From a virus, in IMG/VR virus record IMGVR_UViG_3300017971_000035, positions 6,357 through 70,356 of that record: a stretch of 64,000 nt of DNA; one strand, given 5' to 3'. Shown piece by piece: positions 1 to 10,306 of the stretch (within the stretch, counting starts at the first letter, position 1; every line of letters begins with the position of its first letter). The position numbers and the translations under genes are program-made. The notes under the pieces are model-generated. The model was not told the origin of the DNA. It ran no database searches and saw nothing but the letters and a program-made list of their open reading frames with translations.

Positions 1-104
1 TCTTTCTGAGCTTGCTTAAGGGCCCTTGATTGAGACCAAATAGAAACACCAGTACCTATTAAGGCAGCAGCTGCGGTTATACCTGCTCCAATTAAAACAG
101 CCAT
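1..104 (-). CDS. N-terminus of a putative internal virion/DNA-ejection protein (runs off the window edge)
   Basis: ATG at 104 reads MAVLIGAGITAAAALIGTGVSIWSQSRALKQAQK. The Gly/Ala-rich hydrophobic N-terminus is typical of podovirus ejection proteins. Read manually; not in the ORF track. Confidence 0.55.
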   Translation of the reverse strand, partial: MAVLIGAGITAAAALIGTGVSIWSQSRALKQAQK

Positions 105-105
105 A

Positions 106-660
106 TTAGACTCCCATTATCTGTCGTACGTTTTCCTTATTTAGATTATCAAGAAATTTCTTTTTCTCAGGTTGAATATTCATGCGGTTTATCATTGTAT
201 ACCTGTCTGGATCAAAATGAAGACCTGGAATTAAATGATACCATAGGTGTTCAATTTCTGTGATGTTGTCCAGGTCTTCATATTTTATGATATGAGGATC
301 ATATCGATTCTTCAGGATTTCAAGTTTCTCAAGTGACATGTCAAAGAATTTTTTTTGTTCATCATTAAGAGTTCCGAAAAATGCTGTGAGACTGTTAAAT
401 ACATCTATTGGATCTCTTTCGACTATGGCAAGTCTCCAAAGCTCGCTTAATTGGACAATATCATCAAAGTAAAATGGTACTCCGCAGTCAGCGGTTCCTA
501 TATAGGACTCAGCCCTATTGGCCATTACATGATGAAGTTCCATATAATTACTTCCATAATTAATAAGTTCATGAAAGCAATACGAATCTTTGTAAGTAAA
601 GAAATTTGACAGCCATGCTGTCCTTGACCTCGGTAGGCCTGTGATGAAAAATCTGTTCAT
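106..660 (-). CDS. Sulfotransferase-like P-loop protein
   Basis: ITGLPRSRTAWL resembles the 5'-PSB loop (GxPRSGT). ERDPIDVFNS resembles the 3'-PB motif (RDPxDxxxS). IKYEDL is also present. Confidence 0.65.
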   Translation of the reverse strand: MNRFFITGLPRSRTAWLSNFFTYKDSYCFHELINYGSNYMELHHVMANRAESYIGTADCGVPFYFDDIVQLSELWRLAIVERDPIDVFNSLTAFFGTLNDEQKKFFDMSLEKLEILKNRYDPHIIKYEDLDNITEIEHLWYHLIPGLHFDPDRYTMINRMNIQPEKKKFLDNLNKENVRQIMGV

Positions 661-671
661 CGATCTATCTC

Positions 672-3488
672 CTAAACGTTGTGATCTCCTGTATGAAATA
701 CTGTTTCTTCACCTATTCTGTTTCCGTCTGCGTCAACTTCCCATCCTAACATATGACCAGCTCTATGCCAATTATTTATTCCAAGTGGGGCATTATAGAT
801 ATATTCAAAATCATGAATATAGTCCAATTCATACCTTTTATCTCCTATAAGTATTATTGGACCTCTTGAATCTGGATCATTAACATCACGATAAGATCTA
901 ATATGAGCATCACGATTTGATCCAAGATTAAGAGTTCTATTTAACGTGGTTGTGTCAGTAGAAACGGGTACAATTCCTTGGTCTCTTAACCATGCCTCAA
1001 CTTCATGTCCCATGTCTGGAGTGGGTATATCAGAAAGTACCCTGGCATTTGCATCTAGGTATCCAGCGTCCCTTAGTTGTCCCAAGACATCAGGGTTATC
1101 ATGGACATTCATCAGATCGGTTGATGTAAAGTTACTAAGAGTAATTTGATTTTCTCCTGGTGTTTCTCCTACGTTGACAAGATTATCACCTAACATTTCA
1201 AGTCTTGTAAGAGGATCTTCTTCACCTTCTATCATTTCGGGAGTAGGTTGCGTTGGGGTTGTTAAATTAAACAGTTCCCAAAGAGGATTTTCGACATCAA
1301 CGTCTATATCACCAGAATCATTGACATATAATCCGCCAGTTGTTTGAAGGTTTGCAAGAGCAAGACGTACAGCTTCAGAACCATTCTTACCGGCATATGT
1401 GAATGAATCAAGGGTCGGATATTTTGTGGATCCATCTTCATTCGTTATACCACTTACCATACCCCATAATTCTGTTTCGGACATTCCGGATGTAGATGCC
1501 CATGCCTCGGACTGCATAGCCCTTCTTGCATTGATGGTATTAACAATCCATTTTTCTGCATCAGTTCCTTGAACGTTATCTTTGGTAACTTGTTGGTCAG
1601 GGTGCATTGCATTCCAGGCACGAATACCATCTGAGACCACATCAGTATTTAAAGCATCATCGTTAAGGCTCCATATCCCGTTGGCTCCAAGTGTGGCAAA
1701 TTCGAAATCAGGAGAGACAAGATTGAAGTCTGCATCCATATTTGCTATGGAATCTCCGAATATTCCTTGCTGTCTGGAATCAATCATATTTGAATAATCG
1801 ACATTTATTCCGAAGTGGTCACTCCATATTTGACCAGCAGCTTCATAGTTTTCGGTGAGAAGAAGAGTCTCAATTTCAGCCATTTTCATACCATGATTAT
1901 TAATCAGATTTTCCATAGCATAGTTTAAATCAAATCTGCGAACATCCTCACGGAACTGATCAAGGGCGAGGCCAAATTCGCTGTCCCATCTTCTTATACC
2001 CTCATCGAAAGTTGCCCAAAACTGTTCATCCATTTTCTGAACTTTATCATATTCGAGTCTGATGTTTTCCCAGTCAAGACGCAGGTTCTTTGAAAACTGT
2101 TCCTTCATTTCATTAAACTGTGCGACATCAAGTCCATAATTAGCTACAGCAAGATTGAACTGATCTCCGTATTGACGTTTCATTTCTTCAAATTGAGTTC
2201 CGGATTCGGCAAGACTTGCGAGTTGAAGGACTGCAGTTTCAGCACGTTCGACAGCAGCCAAGGCTAATTGTCCTTGAAGACCGGTTTTGGCTAATTCTGC
2301 ATCTCTTTTGCGTGTTGCAATATTAGCCGCCAAGGATCCACCGGTTAAACCAATTTGAGCTGCAGCCTGGGCCGCGGCCATATTACCTGCGGCCAATTGT
2401 CCAGAAAGTTTTTGCATCGCAATTTCACTTGCAACTTTAGAAGCTGTTCCTTCGCCTTTTGCGATAAGTTGAAGTTCTGCAATCTGGTCATCCAAAAGTT
2501 TCTCAAACATTTTGGATCGTTCGGTTTGAGGCATCTGCCTTAGATTTGCAGGAACGAATGGTTCAAAATCAAATTCTCCAGGAGGAGGTTTTGGCTTATC
2601 AGGATCATAATCTTCGGAATATTCAATGCTGGTCTGTACTTTCTCACCTTCTTCAGGAACTATTGGTTCACCTTCATATCCGATTGCCTGAAAAGTTTTT
2701 GGATCAACTTCTTCACCAAATTCATTCCTCATTACGGTTCTGGTGGTTGTGACTCCACCCTCTGTTACTGATTCATCATTGATAGAATAACCAGCAGGCA
2801 TAACTTGAGTATAAAGTTGTTTGGCTAATTCAGAAGCCGTATTATCCACAAACTCATGACTCTCTGCTGTTTCAGGAGCATCAGGAGTGATAACAGGCTG
2901 TTGAGTATCAATTACACTTGTTTGTGCTGTTTGCTTTGAAGCCGGAGTAATTGTCTGTTCTGGGGTAGTTATTGTCGAGCTTTGTTGTATAGTAACAGGA
3001 TCATCCGGTTTTATAGGTTCAGCAGGTTTTTTTATTCCAAACATTTTTTCAAATGCTGAAACTCCGGCATCCGTAACAGTTGGAGTTCCAAATTGAGCTC
3101 CTTTTCCTTGCATCTTGGTTCCAAAATTACCACGAGGGAGAAGGGGTTCCTGACCTAATTTCTGGTCTGATGGGAGAGGTTTTGCTGGTTGATTTATATT
3201 CCCGGCAGCCTTCATTTCAACAGCATTCTGAACGGCTGAGGGGCCTCCTGCAGCTCGTACCAGGGGAGCGGGGGTCACATGTTCATTCTCATGATAGACA
3301 CCGGCAGGCTCCGCATCCTGGGCCCTATTATCCGGACCACGCCCTGTAAAGCCATTGGATAGACGAGGCTTCATGGTATTACTTAACATACTCTGTGGAG
3401 CAGGTTGACCGGATGGTTGAAGGAAGCCACGATACTTCCTTTGCATAGACCTTATAAAGGCCTGGTTTTCTTCAGTGACCTTCGGCAT
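672..3488 (-). CDS. Large internal virion/ejection protein
   Basis: 938 aa. Disordered P/Q/T N-terminus, an Ala/Gln-rich helical part and QF.E..RQ-type repeats; lies downstream of the tail genes. Confidence 0.55.
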   Translation of the reverse strand: MPKVTEENQAFIRSMQRKYRGFLQPSGQPAPQSMLSNTMKPRLSNGFTGRGPDNRAQDAEPAGVYHENEHVTPAPLVRAAGGPSAVQNAVEMKAAGNINQPAKPLPSDQKLGQEPLLPRGNFGTKMQGKGAQFGTPTVTDAGVSAFEKMFGIKKPAEPIKPDDPVTIQQSSTITTPEQTITPASKQTAQTSVIDTQQPVITPDAPETAESHEFVDNTASELAKQLYTQVMPAGYSINDESVTEGGVTTTRTVMRNEFGEEVDPKTFQAIGYEGEPIVPEEGEKVQTSIEYSEDYDPDKPKPPPGEFDFEPFVPANLRQMPQTERSKMFEKLLDDQIAELQLIAKGEGTASKVASEIAMQKLSGQLAAGNMAAAQAAAQIGLTGGSLAANIATRKRDAELAKTGLQGQLALAAVERAETAVLQLASLAESGTQFEEMKRQYGDQFNLAVANYGLDVAQFNEMKEQFSKNLRLDWENIRLEYDKVQKMDEQFWATFDEGIRRWDSEFGLALDQFREDVRRFDLNYAMENLINNHGMKMAEIETLLLTENYEAAGQIWSDHFGINVDYSNMIDSRQQGIFGDSIANMDADFNLVSPDFEFATLGANGIWSLNDDALNTDVVSDGIRAWNAMHPDQQVTKDNVQGTDAEKWIVNTINARRAMQSEAWASTSGMSETELWGMVSGITNEDGSTKYPTLDSFTYAGKNGSEAVRLALANLQTTGGLYVNDSGDIDVDVENPLWELFNLTTPTQPTPEMIEGEEDPLTRLEMLGDNLVNVGETPGENQITLSNFTSTDLMNVHDNPDVLGQLRDAGYLDANARVLSDIPTPDMGHEVEAWLRDQGIVPVSTDTTTLNRTLNLGSNRDAHIRSYRDVNDPDSRGPIILIGDKRYELDYIHDFEYIYNAPLGINNWHRAGHMLGWEVDADGNRIGEETVFHTGDHNV

Positions 3489-3497
3489 AGTAAACTC

Positions 3498-3794
3498 CTA
3501 GCTGTAATGATCTCCTAAAATAAGAATTGTTTCGGTGGTGGTTCCTGATTTGATGATTTCTTCGACACCGATTTCATATATCCTATTTGTTTCAAGTTTC
3601 AAAGTAACCTGGTTTCCATTAAAATCTTTGGCAACTACGTCTTCAACTGAAGATGCAGCGGCCATGATCATAATGGCTTGAGGAATCAGGTTATAATCAT
3701 TGGAACCGGATTCATTATTCCTTTGAGTGGTGAGGTTTAAGTCACCGCTTGCCACGGCACTTGTGACATCAATAAATCTTCTGTAACCTTTCAT
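3498..3794 (-). CDS. Hypothetical protein
   Basis: 98 aa, AGGAGG SD, tightly packed in the late operon. Confidence 0.6.
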   Translation of the reverse strand: MKGYRRFIDVTSAVASGDLNLTTQRNNESGSNDYNLIPQAIMIMAAASSVEDVVAKDFNGNQVTLKLETNRIYEIGVEEIIKSGTTTETILILGDHYS

Positions 3795-3803
3795 CTTAGC
3801 CTC

Positions 3804-4103
3804 CTAATCCATTAAAAAATCTGTGCTTTCTCCCTGATTTTTAAGCAGTAAAACCATTCCCTTTTCGATACGTTGAATCGCTTTGCCGTTATCATCAGAC
3901 TCTTTGCCAATTCTTTCCTTGAAACGCTGAATGTTGTCATGCCTTTCTTTGCAATCGACATTATTTACTTTTTCATCCAGAATTTCTTTCATGGCCTGTT
4001 TGCTGTTATTCTTAACATTGCTTCTATGATTGAAGTATGTTATTGCTACTCCAAAAATAGTTGCAACGGTTCCAATTGTTACAGCATCAACTGAAATGTT
4101 CAA
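3804..4103 (-). CDS. Single-TM membrane protein, holin-like candidate
   Basis: N-terminal hydrophobic helix VTIGTVATIFGVAITYF followed by a charged coiled coil; TTG start after AGGAG. Confidence 0.4.
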   Translation of the reverse strand: MNISVDAVTIGTVATIFGVAITYFNHRSNVKNNSKQAMKEILDEKVNNVDCKERHDNIQRFKERIGKESDDNGKAIQRIEKGMVLLLKNQGESTDFLMD

Positions 4104-4104
4104 A

Positions 4105-4494
4105 TCAAACTCCTATCATCAGAACGTTATCAGGAAGAGTGGCATGGCTGCTGGTTTTCCAAATTTCTCCTGTAGCAGCTCCAGCTCCAACCTGGGTGGC
4201 TCCGGATTTGATGGTTAGAATATAATGATTTCCGACCGTCTGTACATGGCCTCCTTCAATTAATCTGTGGGCCTCAACATCAAGGACAATGAATTTCCAT
4301 TGTTTTGCAGTAGGATCCCATGTAAAATAGGTACGGCCGGCAACAACCAGGGAAATACCCGAATATCCATAAAGCAATTGAGACCTGTCTGGTGCGGTAA
4401 AAAAGCCATCCGGAGTCGGGGCCGTAGTACGGCGCCAGGGCAATTTAAAATGAATTGCCGACCGGCGTTTTTGTCTGGTATCCATGTTTGCCAT
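4105..4494 (-). CDS. Hypothetical (tail-associated) protein
   Basis: 129 aa; start overlaps the tail fibre stop. Confidence 0.5.
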   Translation of the reverse strand: MANMDTRQKRRSAIHFKLPWRRTTAPTPDGFFTAPDRSQLLYGYSGISLVVAGRTYFTWDPTAKQWKFIVLDVEAHRLIEGGHVQTVGNHYILTIKSGATQVGAGAATGEIWKTSSHATLPDNVLMIGV

Positions 4495-7400
4495 TATGGT
4501 CCAGTTACCACCTTTCCAAGAGTTGCGACAGATCCATTATCGGTATCTGAAGATTTCTGGTCAACGACAGAACCAGCATCATTGTAAAGTTGGTGTGTAG
4601 TTCCATCGTGGTCTTTTTTGTTTCGCCAAGCCTTATAGAGGTATCCGATTTTGGTAGTAAGAGATACCGTTGCTCCTGGAGTTCCTTGACCTGGTTCAGC
4701 ATAGGTATCTGTATTCAAGGCATCAACGATTTCATCATTAACATCGGTTTTACCCTGGGAATTAAGCTGAACCTCCTGACCGGCATTAAGATCAACTGCT
4801 GGGTGTGAACCATTGACATTATTATAATCAATTCCAGCTTCACCTGTTGTTGCGATATCAAGAGTCCGACCGGCAACTGTAGGTTTAAGAGCCCCATAAT
4901 CAGAAAGGGCTGTGTCTGCTTGAGCATTAATATTTGGAAGATTTACATTGTCAAGTTCATTCGGAGTAATGCTTCCATTTCCAACATAGGTCCATGCTCC
5001 ATTAAGATAAAGTGAACCGGCAGAAGGAGAATCCATTGAAAGCCTACCATATCCACCATTGAAATATGCAGTCGCATTTGCATTCATACCATTGAGAGTA
5101 AGAAGGTCAATACTGGTATTTGAAAAGACAAGGTTCTGAGCTGCGGACGGAGAATTCATATTTATGAGGAATTGTCCATCTTCAAATGTACATTCATGCA
5201 GAACAATAGAACCAGCTTCAGATCCATTTAATATGAATTGATTATGAAGCACACATCTTACAAATCTTTCATTATTCACATTTGTAATAGCATCAATTCG
5301 ACAATCATAAAATGTATTGCTATTAGAATCTGAGTGTCTGGTTCCTGTAATATTAAGACCTCTGACAACACAGTCTGCTAAGTAATATGAACCTGCACCA
5401 AAATCAACTTCTACGTTTGACTCTCTCACGCCAAAAAGTTCAACGCTTGATATGTTTGCATTTACAGCCGGAGGATTGAGGACATATATTTTTCCGAATC
5501 CCGTACTATCAGCAAGTGTTTGAGCATCAGACCAATTATCGACAGGATTGTCTGGTGTTCCATGAGTACCGATAGTGGTTCCATTTAATCCAGAAGAATC
5601 AAGCCAAATACCTCCATTATACACTGAAAGTTTGGTATCATTTTGAATGGCAGTTACTTCTGCAGAGCTGGCTACATTTCCACCAATGTTCAGATAATCC
5701 ATATATCCAGCTCTTGCAGCGGAAAGCCTGGAAAGTAGAGTATCCACATCAGCAGGTATGTTTGTAGGTCCAAGTTCATCCAGATAACCAGCACGAACAG
5801 CGGTAAGGCGAGTTTCAAGTTCATCGACATAGGCTTTTATCTGAGCAAGGCCGTAGGTCCCATCGGTGACCTCTGCGTATGAATCTCCTGTTTGTGGTGT
5901 GTGGCCATTCAGATTATCTAAATAGCCGGCACGTGCGGCCGTAAGGCGTGATTCGAGTTCGTCCACAAGACCCTCAAGGACCGATAGCCCATAGGTCCCT
6001 GAAGTTACTTCAGCATAGGAATCTCCGGTCTGAGGTGTATGACCGTTCAGATTATCAAGGTACCCTGCCCTGGCCGCGGTCAAGCGAGTTTCGAGCTCAT
6101 CAACCAGTGTCTCTATAGCGGCCAGGCCGTAGGTTCCATCACCGAGTTCAGAAATGACAGTATCAATTTTGGTCTCATTGGCATTAATTTCAGTTTCAAG
6201 ATCATCTTGAACAGAACTGGCTTCTGGAGATGCGGTTGCACCAGGAATATTTTCTCTCATCGCATTGACGATAACTTTCTTATTGGCATCAGTATCAGCA
6301 AGACTTGCGCTGCCCGGGGCTGCATCATATCTTGCGCTTCCACGCATTTCATAAAGGGCAACAGAACCCTCTTCCCATCCAAACTTAAAATTAAGTGCCT
6401 CTTCATTATCACCTGAACTGAGTTTAAGCCACATGTGATAAAGACCGGTTCCATCTTTGACAAGTTTGGAAGTTACTCCTGAAACACCGGAGGCATCAAG
6501 AGCTGCACCACCATCTGTTTTGAAAAGGCGGCTGGTAATTTCGCCATCGTCACCGGTAATCTTGACACCAAGATCATCACTATCAGGATCTTCCATGTTT
6601 CCATCAGAATCCTTAAGAGCAACTTCTATGAGGTAATATTCATCACCGGCATCTGGAATAAGATAATGACCTGCGACAGATGCTGAGAGCCTGGTTACAT
6701 TGGATACCCCATTTATTGAAGTTTGCAAGGCAGTCAATGTTGTTTGGAGGTCAAAATCCAGCTCGTCCAGGTAACCAGCACGTACCGCAGACAATCGAGA
6801 AAGGAGTGTATCGATATCAGCTGGAATATTCGGAGCATTGAGCTCATCCAAGTAACCGGCTCGGGCAGCGGTGAGTCGTGAAAGAAGTGTATCAATATCG
6901 GCCGGAATATTAGCGGCCTGAAGTTCATCCAGGTACCCTGCTCTAGCAGAAGTAAGTCTTGATAATAAGGTATCAATGTCAGCAGGGATATTTGCAGCGG
7001 CTAATTCATCCAAATATCCGGCTCTGGTTGTTGTATAATTATCATCCAGAGTTTTAAGGCGCTCATTAATTGAGTCAGCAGTGGGTGAACCAGGAATTGC
7101 AGTATCAAGTGCATTGTCAACTTCTGCATTGACATTGGTTTTATTAACGTTTCCTTCTTCATCTGGAACAATTGCACCACTATCAGTAACTTTAAAGTTT
7201 CCAGATACTACCGCAGTACCGGCTGAACAAGTTGCCTCAAAAATAACTTCCCCCGCACCTGAAAGATTGAGATATGAGTTCGCATTCATATTCCTCACTC
7301 TAAGAACACCGTGGAAATTACTCATCTGGACATAACTTGCCGCTGCTGGACTTGAAAAATCCAATAGAGCTTCTAATGATGGATTTTGTCTTGAACTATA

Positions 7401-8882
7401 GCAGCTATCAAAATGAACTTTTCCTCCATCATTAACACCTGCAATTTCATGTATTTGGCATCTTTTATATGTTCCATTTGGATTGGCCACATTAAGTGAA
7501 CAATCCTCGGCCATAATTGATCCTTTATCTGTACTTGAATCCATGTAGACGTTTCTGAATAGGGCACCAGTGACAGTAGCTGAATTATCCCAAGCACCAG
7601 CGGCACCACCTTCATCTATAGTATGAGAACCGACTCCTATAATTTCCCAATTGGAAAAATCAGCACCAAGAACTAAGCTGCTTGCTTTTGTAACATATAT
7701 GCGATGGATACCGAGAGCAAGACCTATTGTCCTACAAGCATCATCAGATGAAACTGGATTATCCGGTGTACCATCAGTTCCGAGAACAGTATTTGTATTT
7801 GCGGCACCTTCATCAAACCAAACACCACCTTGATATATTGATATTTTTGTGTCACCCTTTATTTGATCTATATCAGCCGGTAAGTTTGCGGCGGCAAGTT
7901 CATCAAGGTAACCAGCTCTGGCAGATGATAATCTGGATAACAATGTATCAATATCAGTTGGAATATTTTCCGCAGACAATTCATCAAGATTGGATGCCCT
8001 GGCTGCTGTTAATCTGGAAAGGAGAGTATCAATGTCTGCTGGTATGTTGGCTGCACCCAGTTCATCAAGATAGCCGGCCCTGGCTGCTGTAAGCCTGGTT
8101 TCCAATTCATCAACGTAGGCTTTGATGACAGATAAACCATAGGTTCCAGAAGTGAGTTCAGCATAATTATCACCAGTTTGAGCAGTATGGCCATTGAGGT
8201 TATCCAGGTAACCAGCACGAGCCGCTGTGAGCCTTCCTTCCAGTGTACTCACATCGGCTTTATAATCATTGAGAGTTTCTGAAGGAACGCCTTTTTGGTT
8301 CTTACCGCCAAAAGTGGTTCCCGTACTGTGGTCTGCAATAGGCTCTTCCCACACACCATCGGCAATTTCATTAACTGCATCAGTAGCCAGAGCTGCTGCA
8401 TTAATTGCATTGGATCCGAATTTAGCAGCCGTGATTGCTCCATCCTGAATAGCAGAAGCAGTGATAAGATTATTGGTAATTTCATCAGCGTGGACCTGAA
8501 GTTTATCGGTCCCTTTAACCATAGAATTATAAACTTGAGTAGGAATCATATCATAGGAAACAGATCGAAAAGGAAGAACACCTGTGCAAAATCCAACTAC
8601 TGTAAGAATACCTTCTTCGGTATTATTAAACGATGCTCCACCTGAAGCAGGGAGTTCAAGTTCATAATATCCTTGATCAGTATGGGCCCAGTCATAATCT
8701 CCACCGGTTGTTGGAGTAATTGCAGTTGTTACAATAGTTCCATCATGCTTTTCAAGAATAGCATCAATTTCCATACCGGCTTGATCATAAGTAAGAGCTT
8801 CTTCACGAGATTTAAAATCGGTATCATCGATACAAGGACCGAGGATAACTTTGATTGCGGTATCTACTGGTTTGTAAGGCAT
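4494..8882 (-). CDS. Repeat-rich tail fibre/tailspike-like protein
   Basis: 1462 aa with 12 RLTAARAGYLD-type repeats and two homologous beta-rich domains (DTK.S.Y.GG.W.D...GTPDNPV); lies among tail genes. Confidence 0.7.
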   Translation of the reverse strand: MPYKPVDTAIKVILGPCIDDTDFKSREEALTYDQAGMEIDAILEKHDGTIVTTAITPTTGGDYDWAHTDQGYYELELPASGGASFNNTEEGILTVVGFCTGVLPFRSVSYDMIPTQVYNSMVKGTDKLQVHADEITNNLITASAIQDGAITAAKFGSNAINAAALATDAVNEIADGVWEEPIADHSTGTTFGGKNQKGVPSETLNDYKADVSTLEGRLTAARAGYLDNLNGHTAQTGDNYAELTSGTYGLSVIKAYVDELETRLTAARAGYLDELGAANIPADIDTLLSRLTAARASNLDELSAENIPTDIDTLLSRLSSARAGYLDELAAANLPADIDQIKGDTKISIYQGGVWFDEGAANTNTVLGTDGTPDNPVSSDDACRTIGLALGIHRIYVTKASSLVLGADFSNWEIIGVGSHTIDEGGAAGAWDNSATVTGALFRNVYMDSSTDKGSIMAEDCSLNVANPNGTYKRCQIHEIAGVNDGGKVHFDSCYSSRQNPSLEALLDFSSPAAASYVQMSNFHGVLRVRNMNANSYLNLSGAGEVIFEATCSAGTAVVSGNFKVTDSGAIVPDEEGNVNKTNVNAEVDNALDTAIPGSPTADSINERLKTLDDNYTTTRAGYLDELAAANIPADIDTLLSRLTSARAGYLDELQAANIPADIDTLLSRLTAARAGYLDELNAPNIPADIDTLLSRLSAVRAGYLDELDFDLQTTLTALQTSINGVSNVTRLSASVAGHYLIPDAGDEYYLIEVALKDSDGNMEDPDSDDLGVKITGDDGEITSRLFKTDGGAALDASGVSGVTSKLVKDGTGLYHMWLKLSSGDNEEALNFKFGWEEGSVALYEMRGSARYDAAPGSASLADTDANKKVIVNAMRENIPGATASPEASSVQDDLETEINANETKIDTVISELGDGTYGLAAIETLVDELETRLTAARAGYLDNLNGHTPQTGDSYAEVTSGTYGLSVLEGLVDELESRLTAARAGYLDNLNGHTPQTGDSYAEVTDGTYGLAQIKAYVDELETRLTAVRAGYLDELGPTNIPADVDTLLSRLSAARAGYMDYLNIGGNVASSAEVTAIQNDTKLSVYNGGIWLDSSGLNGTTIGTHGTPDNPVDNWSDAQTLADSTGFGKIYVLNPPAVNANISSVELFGVRESNVEVDFGAGSYYLADCVVRGLNITGTRHSDSNSNTFYDCRIDAITNVNNERFVRCVLHNQFILNGSEAGSIVLHECTFEDGQFLINMNSPSAAQNLVFSNTSIDLLTLNGMNANATAYFNGGYGRLSMDSPSAGSLYLNGAWTYVGNGSITPNELDNVNLPNINAQADTALSDYGALKPTVAGRTLDIATTGEAGIDYNNVNGSHPAVDLNAGQEVQLNSQGKTDVNDEIVDALNTDTYAEPGQGTPGATVSLTTKIGYLYKAWRNKKDHDGTTHQLYNDAGSVVDQKSSDTDNGSVATLGKVVTGP
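5690..8234 (-). repeat. Intragenic 27-aa and 46-aa repeat units in three blocks of four
   Basis: RLTAARAGYLDEL.AANIPADIDTLLS (27 aa) and RLTAARAGYLDNLNGHTPQTGDSY...VDELE (46 aa). Blocks at about 7860-8234, 6750-7040 and 5690-6090; boundaries approximate. Confidence 0.9.
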
Positions 8883-8891
8883 CGTTTTCCC

Positions 8892-10040
8892 CTATTGACT
8901 ATTTATTCCTGTCCTAAAGAACCATGGATGTTTTGTAGAAACTGCTGGTGATTGTGGTGTTCCTACACTAATAAAATTATACGGGTCATCCCATGAACTG
9001 TAATATGTCGCCCAATAATTATCGCCTTTGTTGTAATCAATCATTATCATTACTTCATCGAATAAAGCATTGGCTTCATCCGAAAAAAGGTCTTGGCCGA
9101 TGTCACAGATTTCCTGAAGCCTTAAAGCATACATGGCATCCCATGTCAATGTACCAAGTGAAACGCCGTTTCGATATAATTCAGACTGTCCCGTGTCTAC
9201 GTTATATCTTAAAGCTATGTGATACTCTACGCCATCAGCAAAAGTGCCGGTTTCTACATGTTCATCGCCACCTTCACCGTCATCGTTTCCAACAACAGTT
9301 ATTCCTAATTCATCAAATTCATTGTCGATGAATAAATTAAAGTCACCATTATTGGTATCACCAGCACTACTGAAAATCGGTATATATATGTCAGCATCGT
9401 CAGGTTCGACCCACATTGAGAAGACTACGATGTCTTCGGCAGTAGTGGATAGGCGATTAGTGTTAAAATCTATGAAGTCACCCGCACCGTCTAAGTCCTG
9501 GCGATAAGTAGAAACAGTACCTGTTCTTTGATCTGGAAGTCCGCCATTTTCTTCGGCATCCGTACCATTTCCAGACCTATCATCGTAAATAATTCCTGTA
9601 CCGCTAGATACATCAAGTTCATTTGCATAAAGACATGAACTGTATACATCATTAATACCACCAGTTGCAGCTTCTCCTGGTTGAGTCTTGCTGCCTCCAG
9701 CATTGTACCAGACATAAACAGTTTGATTTGAACCTGTGGTATCTATTCCAAGAGCTATTTCACAATCAGCGTTGGCAGGATTATTATCAGTAGTAATGTA
9801 ACGGATATGAATTGGTAGAAGATTTTCTCCAGCTTCATCGGAAGTAACCCGAATGTCACCGCCATTTGCCTGGCATGGATAACTACCATCAGCATCGAAC
9901 ATTTCTTGAGGAAGATTAGAATTAAGGACAACCCCATCCCACCATAGTTTTGCAACGAAGTCAGATGGTGAACCTGAAACTTCTGTACCCTGTATAGTTA
10001 TAGGGCAGTATCTATTCCATCCTTCGTCTGGTAAGGCCAT
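8892..10040 (-). CDS. DUF2341-like plus LamG/concanavalin-like lectin domain virion protein
   Basis: GGDIRVT...VYVWYN resembles DUF2341. FSMWV, YHIALRY, LYRNGV and FDEVMI are LamG-type strands. Confidence 0.7.
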   Translation of the reverse strand: MALPDEGWNRYCPITIQGTEVSGSPSDFVAKLWWDGVVLNSNLPQEMFDADGSYPCQANGGDIRVTSDEAGENLLPIHIRYITTDNNPANADCEIALGIDTTGSNQTVYVWYNAGGSKTQPGEAATGGINDVYSSCLYANELDVSSGTGIIYDDRSGNGTDAEENGGLPDQRTGTVSTYRQDLDGAGDFIDFNTNRLSTTAEDIVVFSMWVEPDDADIYIPIFSSAGDTNNGDFNLFIDNEFDELGITVVGNDDGEGGDEHVETGTFADGVEYHIALRYNVDTGQSELYRNGVSLGTLTWDAMYALRLQEICDIGQDLFSDEANALFDEVMIMIDYNKGDNYWATYYSSWDDPYNFISVGTPQSPAVSTKHPWFFRTGINSQ

Positions 10041-10291
10041 TATTCAATTTGATTCTGATCTACCACATTCTTAATGGTGTTAAGTTTTGCTTGGATATCT
10101 GAAACCTCGGTTCTTATAGCGTTACCGAAATATTGAGGATCATCATTCATACTTTCAGCCGCATTTGTAACATCAGTAAGAGCACTATCTACTGTGCCTT
10201 TTATCTTTGAAAGTATATTTTGAATGACAGTAAGTTGCCGAGCTGAGTTTGCTCTATATGCTACTTTGCTGATTTCACTTTTCTTCGGCAT
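10040..10291 (-). CDS. Hypothetical protein
   Basis: 83 aa, GGAG SD, stop overlaps the next start. Confidence 0.55.
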   Translation of the reverse strand: MPKKSEISKVAYRANSARQLTVIQNILSKIKGTVDSALTDVTNAAESMNDDPQYFGNAIRTEVSDIQAKLNTIKNVVDQNQIE

Positions 10292-10306
10292 TATTCACTC
10301 CTTTTT

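Noticed and set aside
4494-8882. Diversity-generating retroelement target/template repeats
   Set aside because: No reverse transcriptase is present. The repeats are in-frame protein repeats with synonymous divergence, and I saw no adenine-specific pattern.
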